Source: Actinomycetota bacterium (lineage in GTDB: Bacteria > Pseudomonadota > Alphaproteobacteria > Rhodospirillales > Magnetospirillaceae). Taken from it: a stretch of 64,000 nt of DNA. Under the pieces are notes generated by a model. It saw only the letters and a list, made by a program, of their open reading frames with translations. It was not told where the DNA came from and ran no database searches. This document shows positions 18,801-25,879 of this stretch, one piece after another. The translations under genes and the position numbers were made by a program. Position 1 is the stretch's first letter. Each line of letters opens with the position of its first letter. Where the stretch lies: positions 593 through 64,592 of the forward strand of contig JBLNBU010000227.1 in NCBI GenBank assembly GCA_050260215.1, written 5' to 3'.

Positions 18801-19073
18801 CAGCCAGGGATCGGAACAGGCGATGCGGGTGGTCTCGGGGGCGGCCGCCAGCTGGGCGACCAGACGGGACAGGGCCAGCATGTGGCCGAAATCCGAGATG
18901 TTGGCCGCCTGGGCCAGGGTGTGCGACAGCCCGGCACCAGGGTCGGCGGCGTGGCGGCGGCAGAGTTCCGCCCAGTCGTGGCGGACGGCGTCGTAGGCCT
19001 CCTCCAGGCCCGGGAGGCCGGCGGCGAGGTCGATGGCGTCCGCCCCGGCGGCGGCTGTCAGGATGACCGGCAC
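15870..19073 (-). CDS. Large two-part protein: N-terminal ~550 aa uncharacterised (GT-B-like C-lobe features) fused to a C-terminal heparinase II/III-like domain
   Basis: 1067 aa with a GTG start. The C-terminal half carries PGHGHHDLGSCELHWRGVPVFVDPGRGAYG, which resembles the heparinase II/III family signature. The N-terminal half contains LYCLTSVGLEALLAGLPVI. No signal peptide is visible. Confidence 0.7.
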   Translation of the reverse strand: MPVILTAAAGADAIDLAAGLPGLEEAYDAVRHDWAELCRRHAADPGAGLSHTLAQAANISDFGHMLALSRLVAQLAAAPETTRIACSDPWLFRHLAGLPGVEAGPPPPLLVPELKLALRGLAARAAVSLRMAWAALRLKGQHALANPGEAALLVYGHPTSTPEGGDAYFGELMKGLPRLARLLHVDCPPERATQLAAHGRAAALHGFGSPLAALTLWMRRWRPNGGGWLVRRAGALEGSTGTAAMIAWQMHCQRRWLAACRPAVVAWPWENHAWERDFVRAARAVGTETVGYQHATVGWREWNYGPGSNPDGEDSLPDRILCSGPAGRQRLADYGCPAGRLAVAGALRFAQASAVAHDPAAPVFVALPFDAAIAAEMMAAIRPLAAAGTRFVVRDHPLAPFSFGTDANIARADGPLGVRPGVAAVLYCLTSVGLEALLAGLPVIRFKPAAKVAVDVLPPGVAVAGADAAGLAQALQNAAPAAPLSWSSVWAEPDLALWHGLLGRPGRAAAPARSSLARRLRQLADDPALRRWLIGRALGRRPTPPPFTPYRPPYLGSATLAPVPPPPPPRVAVQPPRVTLALAGGRWTGTDPFAEAFSDIETTLSAHRFAWLPLGGTEPAAVDALWASWRVRFGTPDDGWAWHPYTAAERAVNVLRFARRHGLPGDHADTRAVLAAHAPAIAARLEYFGEHYTGNHLANNGRGLYLLGLELGLAEAAAMGGSILLAEAARIVLPTGMLREGSSHYQLLVARNYVECWLAARRHGRPEAGPLEEVAGRMLAAARRLALPGGLALVGDVSPDCPPSFLAGLLPGGDLGAGWCGLLDDDERALLAALRDGAAAPAGDDGWLRWEGGDWAGLWYASPEGWPPMPGHGHHDLGSCELHWRGVPVFVDPGRGAYGEDGQAALYRSAAVHGLLQVDGADPTPPNRPYYDDSFRARIGGAPPVLAAKPDGVVLVHHGFAAQRVHRAERDWRFGDRGLVIADALDGHPYQHIVTRRLVTPWPVALDNGAVLVETPAGRLRVRAEGAPTLRPLVRWTAYGEGGPATSVSYLLAAAVPWRGETVVEEA

Positions 19074-19077
19074 CGGC

Positions 19078-19743
19078 CTAGCGCTCGACGCACCAGACGT
19101 TGGCCATCACCTCGGCCACCGGGGTGTCGGCCGAGGCCGACACCGGGTGCAGGTAGCCGTAGTGGCTGGTCCGCCGCGCCCCGGGGGTCAGCCGGCGCAC
19201 GGTGGCCAGGGCCTCGGCCGAATTGACGATCACATAGGGCAGCCGCGCCGCGCCACTGCCGCCGCCAAAATCCATGCGGAACGACGACACCGCCCGGTCC
19301 TCGACGGTTGCCCCCTCGTGCTCGCGCAGGTCCATCAGCAGGCAGCCGCCGGCATGCTCCCACGCCGCGGCCACGGTGTTCCGCCAGCCCTCGTGCAGAT
19401 GAAGGATTCCCAGCACCAGTACGAGATCGAAACGTTCGCCGGCCAGCTCCGGCCAATCGCTTTCCGCCACCTGGAGGAAGCGGTGGCGCGGGTGGCGGGC
19501 ACGGGCGCGGGCGACCATCTCGGCGCTGATGTCGATGCCGGTATAGGAAAAGTCGGTCAGGTGCTCTCCCAGCACTCCGGCGAAGCCGCCCTGGGCGCAG
19601 CCCACGTCCAGCACGCTCATGCCCTCGCGCAGCCGGTCCTTCAGGAAGAACCACTCGGAGGCGTAGACCTGGGCGGTGGTGGCGCGCTCGGCATCGAAGA
19701 ACCCGGCAACCTCGGTCCAGGCCTGGCCGTAGTTTTGGGTCAT
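19078..19743 (-). CDS. Class I SAM-dependent methyltransferase
   Basis: From MTQNYGQAW. SAM motif VLDVGCAQGGF. ATG 19743 forms an ATGA overlap with the upstream stop. It is the C-terminal part of a spurious 550-aa ORF-track entry. Confidence 0.75.
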   Translation of the reverse strand: MTQNYGQAWTEVAGFFDAERATTAQVYASEWFFLKDRLREGMSVLDVGCAQGGFAGVLGEHLTDFSYTGIDISAEMVARARARHPRHRFLQVAESDWPELAGERFDLVLVLGILHLHEGWRNTVAAAWEHAGGCLLMDLREHEGATVEDRAVSSFRMDFGGGSGAARLPYVIVNSAEALATVRRLTPGARRTSHYGYLHPVSASADTPVAEVMANVWCVER

Positions 19744-20696
19744 CCCCCTTGTCCCACAAAAGCCAGCGGGTCGCGGGCGTTGTCCAGGCCGGAAATGGCG
19801 GCGCGGCCCATGGCCAGCACCGCTTCCTCGGCCGAGCCGCCGATATGGGGCAGGGCCAGCATGGCGGGCAGGCGCAGCAGTTCCAGGTCTTCGGGCGGTT
19901 CGTGGGCGAAGACGTCGAAGGCCGCACCCGCCAGGCGGCCGTCCTTCAGCATGGCCTTCAGCGCAGCCTCGTCGACCAGGCCGCCGCGGGCCATGTTGAT
20001 CAGGATGGCGTCGGAGCGCATCAGCGCCAGGCGCTCGGCCGTCAGGATGTTGCGGGTCGACTCGTCGTAGGGCAGGTGCAGGGTGACCACGTCGGAAGCG
20101 CGCAGCAGCTCGTCCAGGCCCACCGGCTCGACACCGTGGGCGGCGTAGAAGTCGGGGAAGTCCTTGATGTCGTGGGCCAGCACCCGGCAGCCGAAGGCTT
20201 TCAGCAGCACCGACAGGTCCTTGCCGATATGGCCGCAGCCGACGATGCCGATGGTGCGCCCGCTGATCTGGCGGCCCATCAGCTGGCGCCAGCCGCCCTC
20301 GCGCACCATGTCGCGGCCGGCCGGCACGTGGCGCAGCAGCGCGATGGCGGCCGAGATCACCAGTTCCGACACCGAGCGCTTGTTGACCCCGCCGGTCCAG
20401 CCCAGCCGCTTGCCCAGCCGGCTCATGGCCGCCAGGTCGATCATGTCCAGCCCCACCCCGTACTTGCCCACCACCTTGAGGTCGGGCAGCCGTTCGAGGG
20501 TGGGGGCGTCCAGGCGTTCGAGCGCGGTGATGGCCTTGTCGTGGCCGGCCAGGAACTCGACCAGCGCGTCGCCCTTCAGCGACAGGCCCTCGTCGTTGAA
20601 GGTAACGCTTGCGTAACGTTGAAGCAGCTCGGCGCGCAGCACGGGATGCTTCGAGAACGAGCGCGAGGCGACGGCTATTCGGGTGGTCTGGTCCAC
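19740..20696 (-). CDS. D-isomer-specific 2-hydroxyacid dehydrogenase (phosphoglycerate dehydrogenase-like)
   Basis: NAD motif GIVGCGHIGKDL and MARGGLVDEAAL. The ORF-track start 20732 is TTG. I prefer GTG 20696 (VDQTTRIAVAS) with GAGG upstream. Start is uncertain. Confidence 0.75.
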   Translation of the reverse strand: MDQTTRIAVASRSFSKHPVLRAELLQRYASVTFNDEGLSLKGDALVEFLAGHDKAITALERLDAPTLERLPDLKVVGKYGVGLDMIDLAAMSRLGKRLGWTGGVNKRSVSELVISAAIALLRHVPAGRDMVREGGWRQLMGRQISGRTIGIVGCGHIGKDLSVLLKAFGCRVLAHDIKDFPDFYAAHGVEPVGLDELLRASDVVTLHLPYDESTRNILTAERLALMRSDAILINMARGGLVDEAALKAMLKDGRLAGAAFDVFAHEPPEDLELLRLPAMLALPHIGGSAEEAVLAMGRAAISGLDNARDPLAFVGQGG

Positions 20697-20914
20697 GGGC
20701 GTTGCATGCCTCGACGGCGAGTGGCCGCACAACAGAAGAAGACGGAGACTTGATCGTCCTTTTACGGCGATTCTGTCAATAGCGCCATTCCCAACGGATG
20801 GTGCGTCGTTGAAAGACCCTTGCCGCTCTGATAAGAGAGGTCCGGCACATCAGGCGTCCCCTGCATTCCCCGGCAATGTGGCGGCCCCGGGGTCTTCCCG
20901 AGGAAAGATCATCC
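20697..20914. promoter_or_regulatory. Divergent intergenic region, likely promoters for the 19-gene minus-strand run and the GT2-GMC-rSAM-SDR operon
   Basis: Largest non-coding gap in the first third of the window and visibly more AT-rich (ttttacggcgattctgtcaatagcg). It separates divergently transcribed genes. GGAAAG lies 8 nt before ATG 20915. Confidence 0.35.
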
Positions 20915-21784
20915 ATGGTTTCTGTCATCGTCCCCGCCTACAACGAGGAAGCCGCGATTGAGCGAACCATCGCCGAACTCAATTCGGTGTTGCTTCCCCG
21001 GGGAACCGATGTGGAGATCATCGTCGTCGACGACGGCTCGACCGACCGCACCGCCGAACTGGCCGCCGCCGCCGGCGCCAAGGTGCTGAAGAAGCTTGAA
21101 AACGTCGGCTACGGGCATTCGCTGAAGCTGGGTATTGCCGCGGCCAGCCACGACACGGTGGTCATCACCGACGCCGACTGCACCTATCCCGCCGAGGCCA
21201 TTCCCGGGCTGCTGGACCACTTCGCTGCCGGCTACGACATGGTGGTGGGCGCCCGCACCGGCCAGAACTACCGCGAATCGTTCATCAAGTCGCCGCTGCG
21301 CAAGGTCCTGGGCTGGCTGGTCGAGTTCACCGTCGGCCGGCTGGTTCCCGACGTCAATTCGGGCATGCGCGTGTTCTCGCGCAAGGGCGTGATGCCCCAC
21401 TTCACCAACCTGTCCGACAGCTTCAGCTTCACCACCTCGGTGACGCTGGCCTATCTGCTGGACAAGAAGTACGTCAAGTACGTCCCCATCGACTACCACA
21501 AGCGGGTGGGACGGACCAAGGTGCGCCTGTTGCGCGATTCCTTGCGCACCGTGCAGTACATCGTCCACGCCATCTTGCGCTACAACCCGCTGAAGCTGTT
21601 CTTGCTGCTGGCCCTGCTGCTGGCCGTGCCGGGAGCGCTGCTGGCCGTCGTCGGCCTGGTGGCCGGCTGCCGCGACGCGGCGCTGTTCGGAGGCCAGGCC
21701 GTCCTGGCCGCGGTGCTGGTCTTCGCCATTGGACTGCGGGCCGAGCAGACGCGATCCGGGACGCACCTTGTCGCGGACGAATAG
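20915..21784 (+). CDS. Glycosyltransferase family 2, polyprenyl-phosphate glycosyltransferase-like with C-terminal transmembrane segments
   Basis: From MVSVIVPAYNEE. Motifs IIVVDDGSTDRT, ITDADCTYP, and a hydrophobic C-terminus LFLLLALLLAVPGALLAVVGLVAG. Confidence 0.85.
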   Translation: MVSVIVPAYNEEAAIERTIAELNSVLLPRGTDVEIIVVDDGSTDRTAELAAAAGAKVLKKLENVGYGHSLKLGIAAASHDTVVITDADCTYPAEAIPGLLDHFAAGYDMVVGARTGQNYRESFIKSPLRKVLGWLVEFTVGRLVPDVNSGMRVFSRKGVMPHFTNLSDSFSFTTSVTLAYLLDKKYVKYVPIDYHKRVGRTKVRLLRDSLRTVQYIVHAILRYNPLKLFLLLALLLAVPGALLAVVGLVAGCRDAALFGGQAVLAAVLVFAIGLRAEQTRSGTHLVADE

Positions 21785-21796
21785 GGCAACACGGCC

Positions 21797-23395
21797 ATGA
21801 GCGAGTCGTTCGGGACGGCCGTCATCGGATCGGGTCCCAGCGGCTGGGCCTGCGCCCGGGCACTGGTGGCGCGCGGGGTGCGGGTGACCGTGCTCGACGT
21901 CGGCGAGAAACTGCCCGCAGAGCGCCAGGCTGCGGTCGAGGCCTTGAAGTGGCGCAAGCCGGCCGAGTGGGACGCCGACATCGTCCGGCTGGTGCGCGAA
22001 AACCCCACCGTCCACACCCGCCCCATCCCGCGCAAGCTGTCCTTCGGTTCCGACTACGTCTACGGCCAGGGCCGGGCCTTTGCGCCCACCGCCGGCCCGG
22101 TCGACGAGATGTCGTTCACCTTCGCCTGCGGCGGCCTGTCGACCGTGTGGGGTGGGGCCATGCTGCCGACCGCCGAGGGCGACATGGTCGAGTGGCCGTT
22201 CGGCCGTGCCGCGTTGGACGACGCCTATGCGGCGGTGCTGAACGCCCTGCCGCTGTCAGCGGCCCATGACGGCCTGGAAGCGGCCTTTCCCCTTTATCGC
22301 GAGCCGGGCTGCACGGTGCCGCTCAGTCCGCCGTCGCGGCGCATGATGGACCGCTTCCGCCGCAATTCCGACCGCCTGGCCGCCAAGGGCATCGTCGCCG
22401 GCATGGCCCGCCTGGCGGTGACGGCCGAGGCCCAGGGCGACGTTGCCGGCTGCGACGGGTGCGGGCTGTGCCTGTCGGGCTGTCCGCGCGGGGCCATCTG
22501 GAACAGCGGCGTCGACATCGAGGCGATGCACCGCGCCGGCACGCTTCGCTACCGCTCCGGCGTGGTCGTCACCCGCTTCAGCGAAGACGAGGGCGGCGCC
22601 GAGCTGGCCTTGCTCGATCCCGCCAGCGGCGAGGTGCGCAGCGAGCGCTTCGACCGCGTCTTCGTCGCCTGCGGCTCCATCAACACGGCGCGGCTGACCT
22701 TGGCCTCGCTGAACCTGTTCGGCCAGCCGCGGCGCATGCACGAAAGCCAGAAATTCCTGGTGCCCATGCTGCGCCCCGACGGCGATCCCGGCCTGTTCAC
22801 CGAGACCGCCTTCACCCTGCCCAACGCCGTCCTTGTGGTGCGCGACGACGAGGACGGCCACTGGTCCCAGGTGCAGATTTCGCCCATCAACGATCTGGCG
22901 TTGCAGAAGCTGGGCATCCGTCCGTCCGCCCCCGCCGCGCTCAAGGCACTGGTGCGGCCGTTCCTGGGGCGGATGGTGTTCGGCTGGGGCTCGATCCATT
23001 CCCGCTACTCGGCCGGCATCGACCTCACCCTCGAGCCCGGCAACGGCGCGGCGCCGGTGTTGCGGGTGCAGCCGCGCGACAACCCGGCCTTCCCGCTGGC
23101 CTACCGTCGGGTGGTCCGCCGGCTGCTGGCCAACGCGGCCCCCTTGGGACTGCTTGCGTTGCCGCCGTTGGCTCGTCTATCGTCGCCCGGCAGCGGCAAC
23201 CACTACGGCAGCGTCTTTCCCATGCGGGCCGATCCGCGGCAGATCTGGGAGACGGACCTGCTCGGCCGCCCCGGGGGAATGCAGCGGGTCCACCTGGTGG
23301 ACGCGACGGTGCTGCCCAGCATTCCCGGAACCACGCTCGCCCTGCCCACCATGGCCAATGCCTGGCGGATCGGGACCGAGGCACCCACCCAATGA
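21797..23395 (+). CDS. GMC-family FAD-dependent oxidoreductase
   Basis: 532 aa. Motifs AVIGSGPSGWACARAL (GxGxxG), GCDGCGLCLSGCPRGA, and C-terminal VHLVDATVLPSIPG. Confidence 0.75.
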   Translation: MSESFGTAVIGSGPSGWACARALVARGVRVTVLDVGEKLPAERQAAVEALKWRKPAEWDADIVRLVRENPTVHTRPIPRKLSFGSDYVYGQGRAFAPTAGPVDEMSFTFACGGLSTVWGGAMLPTAEGDMVEWPFGRAALDDAYAAVLNALPLSAAHDGLEAAFPLYREPGCTVPLSPPSRRMMDRFRRNSDRLAAKGIVAGMARLAVTAEAQGDVAGCDGCGLCLSGCPRGAIWNSGVDIEAMHRAGTLRYRSGVVVTRFSEDEGGAELALLDPASGEVRSERFDRVFVACGSINTARLTLASLNLFGQPRRMHESQKFLVPMLRPDGDPGLFTETAFTLPNAVLVVRDDEDGHWSQVQISPINDLALQKLGIRPSAPAALKALVRPFLGRMVFGWGSIHSRYSAGIDLTLEPGNGAAPVLRVQPRDNPAFPLAYRRVVRRLLANAAPLGLLALPPLARLSSPGSGNHYGSVFPMRADPRQIWETDLLGRPGGMQRVHLVDATVLPSIPGTTLALPTMANAWRIGTEAPTQ

Positions 23396-23420
23396 CGCGT
23401 ATGGCAAGGCATCGGCGGCT

Positions 23421-24965
23421 ATGACACGCATCTTGTTGATCAATCCTTCGCACCACGCCACCTACGGCGGTGCCAAGGCCAGCGTCGCCAATCCGGTCCA
23501 CCCGGCGCTCAGCCTGGCCTGCCTGGCCGGCGAGGCGCGCCGCGCCGGCCACCACGTCGAAATCCTCGACCTGTCGTGGCGGGAATACGACGCCGACCTC
23601 GTCGCCGAGCGGGTGCGGTCGTCCCGGCCCGACGTGGTGGGCATTACCGCCACCACGCCGCTGATGAACCAGCTGCGCGACATCAGCGTGCTGGTCAAGG
23701 ACATCTCGCCCTCCATCAAGGTGGTGGGCGGCGGGGCCCATCCCTCGGCCATGCCGGTGGCGACCATGCGCGAGTCGCTGCTCGATGCCGTGTTCGCCGG
23801 CGAGGCGGACTTGTCCTTCCCCGAATACTGCACCGGCGGCGACTTCTCGGCGGTGCGCGGCATCTATTGGCGCGACGGCGACGAGATCCGCTACACCGGC
23901 GCCCGCCCGCCCATCGAGGACCTGGACTCGTTGGCGATGCCGGCCTGGGACCTCTACAACATCGACGACTATCGCAAGGTGTCGCGCCTGCTGACCCGGC
24001 GGCCGCCGGTGGCCATGGCCGAGTTCTCGCGCGGGTGCGTGTTCACCTGCGACTTCTGCGCCAGCAAGATCACCATGGCCCAGGGCTACCGCAAGAAGTC
24101 GCCGGAGCGCTGCGCCGCCGAGGCCGAGCATCTCTACCGCCTGGGCTACCGCGAATTTCTGCTTGCCGACGACATCTTCACCTCCGACCAGAAGTGGGCG
24201 GTGGCGGTGTGCGAGGCCATCGAGCGGCGCAACGTCGACATGGCGTGGTCGTGCCTGAACGGCATCCGCGTCGAATCGGCCGACGACAACCTGTTCCGCG
24301 CCCTGCGTAGCGCCGGCTGCTACCGCGTGTCCTTCGGTTTCGAATCGGGCAGCGACGCGGTGCTGAAGCAGTTCGGCAAGGGCGGGCGCGCCTCCATCGA
24401 GCAGGGCAAGGCGGCGGTGCGCATGGCGCGCAAGGCCGGCATCGAGACTTCGGGCTTCTTCCTGCTGGGCTTAAGCCCCGACACCGAGGACACCATCCGC
24501 GAAACCATCGAGTTCGCGCGCGAACTGCCGCTCGACATGATGAAGTTCGGCGTCGCCATTGCCTTTCCGGGCACCAAGATGTTCCACAACTACGCCCAGA
24601 AGGGCCTGGTGCGCACGTGGAACTGGGACGCCTATTTCGTCTATACCGACGAGCCGCTGTTCATGCACGAGAACCTGGACTACGACACCATCCGTCGTTA
24701 CATGTCCATGGCCTACAAGCGCGCCATCCTGTTCAATCCGAAATTCATCATGCGCCGGCTTCTGCGCGGCTTCCGCACGGGCGAGTTCTTCTGGGACGTG
24801 TACTACGCCGCCAAGTTCTTCCTCATGCCGGCCACCAGCAAATCGGAGGGCACCAGGTATCGTGCCCGTGACCGCTGGCCGGTCTACGACTTCGCCAATG
24901 CCGGCATCGAGGCGCCGGTCTATCCGGTGGTGAAGAAGTCGACCCCCGTTCCGCCCGTGGGCTGA
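23421..24965 (+). CDS. B12-binding-domain radical SAM enzyme (class B-type)
   Basis: From MTRILLINPS. B12-type Rossmann features VVGITATTP and VVGGGAHPS, then the radical SAM cluster motif RGCVFTCDFCAS (CxxxCxxC). The ORF-track start 22833 is a spurious extension. Confidence 0.85.
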   Translation: MTRILLINPSHHATYGGAKASVANPVHPALSLACLAGEARRAGHHVEILDLSWREYDADLVAERVRSSRPDVVGITATTPLMNQLRDISVLVKDISPSIKVVGGGAHPSAMPVATMRESLLDAVFAGEADLSFPEYCTGGDFSAVRGIYWRDGDEIRYTGARPPIEDLDSLAMPAWDLYNIDDYRKVSRLLTRRPPVAMAEFSRGCVFTCDFCASKITMAQGYRKKSPERCAAEAEHLYRLGYREFLLADDIFTSDQKWAVAVCEAIERRNVDMAWSCLNGIRVESADDNLFRALRSAGCYRVSFGFESGSDAVLKQFGKGGRASIEQGKAAVRMARKAGIETSGFFLLGLSPDTEDTIRETIEFARELPLDMMKFGVAIAFPGTKMFHNYAQKGLVRTWNWDAYFVYTDEPLFMHENLDYDTIRRYMSMAYKRAILFNPKFIMRRLLRGFRTGEFFWDVYYAAKFFLMPATSKSEGTRYRARDRWPVYDFANAGIEAPVYPVVKKSTPVPPVG

Positions 24966-24984
24966 CGCCTCGTAGGGAGACCCC

Positions 24985-25854
24985 ATGTCCAATCTGCTCA
25001 TCACCGGCGCCACCGGCTATATCGGCGACCGCCTGGTCGAGATGGCGCTCGCCGCCGGCCATTCGGTGACGGTGCTGGGTCGTCGCCCGTCGGCCCGCCC
25101 CGTGCGCAACGTGCCTTGGGACCTGGACCGGCCGGTGCCGGACGACGCCTTTGCCGGGGTCGACGCCGTCATCCACCTGGCCCACCAGTGGCAGAAGGGC
25201 GACGAGCCCGAGGGCGAGGACGCCAATACCACCGGCACCCGCGCCCTGCTGGACGCGGCGCGGCGGCACGGCGTGGCGCGCTTCGTCTTCGGGTCGACCA
25301 TCGTCGCCCGGCCGGACGCCCTCAACAAGTACGGCCGCAACAAGGCGCTGACCGAGGGCCTGCTGCAGCGCCCGGGCGAGGTCGCCGCCCGCATCGGCCT
25401 GGTCTACGGCGGAGCGTTGCAAGCGCTGTGGGGCACCATGTGCCGGGTTGCCGGCCTGGGGCCCGTGCTGCCCATGCTGGGCGTCGACCAGCCGGTGCAG
25501 CCCATTCACCGCGACGAGGTGTGCGAGGGCCTGCTGCGCCTTGCCACCTTGCCGACCCTGTCGCAGACGGTCTATGTGCTGGCCGGGTCGCAGCCGATGA
25601 CTTTCGGCGCCTTCCTCAAGCTGATTGCCCGCCAGCGCCTGGGGCGGCGGCTGTGGCTGCTGCCCATCCCGCTGAAGCTGGCACTGGCCGCCGTCGACCT
25701 CCTGGCGCTGGTCCCCGGGTTGCCCAAGGTGGGGCGCGAGCGGGTGCTGGGGCTTGCCGGCATGCGCACCCTTGCCAGCGCCGCGGACCTGGCCGCCATC
25801 GGCCTGACCCTGCGTTCCCCCGCCGAAGCGCTGAAGGCGGAGCGACCGGTCTAG
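24985..25854 (+). CDS. NAD-dependent epimerase/dehydratase family (SDR) protein
   Basis: 289 aa. Motif LLITGATGYIGDRL. GGGAGA lies upstream of the ATG. Confidence 0.75.
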   Translation: MSNLLITGATGYIGDRLVEMALAAGHSVTVLGRRPSARPVRNVPWDLDRPVPDDAFAGVDAVIHLAHQWQKGDEPEGEDANTTGTRALLDAARRHGVARFVFGSTIVARPDALNKYGRNKALTEGLLQRPGEVAARIGLVYGGALQALWGTMCRVAGLGPVLPMLGVDQPVQPIHRDEVCEGLLRLATLPTLSQTVYVLAGSQPMTFGAFLKLIARQRLGRRLWLLPIPLKLALAAVDLLALVPGLPKVGRERVLGLAGMRTLASAADLAAIGLTLRSPAEALKAERPV

Positions 25855-25879
25855 GCCGCGTCACCTCCGGGGCCAGGGC

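Noticed and set aside
15870-19073. The heparinase II/III-domain protein as a secreted polysaccharide lyase of a catabolic locus.
   Set aside because: No signal peptide or lipobox is visible. There are no transporters or sugar catabolic genes nearby, and the gene is translationally packed inside a biosynthetic operon.
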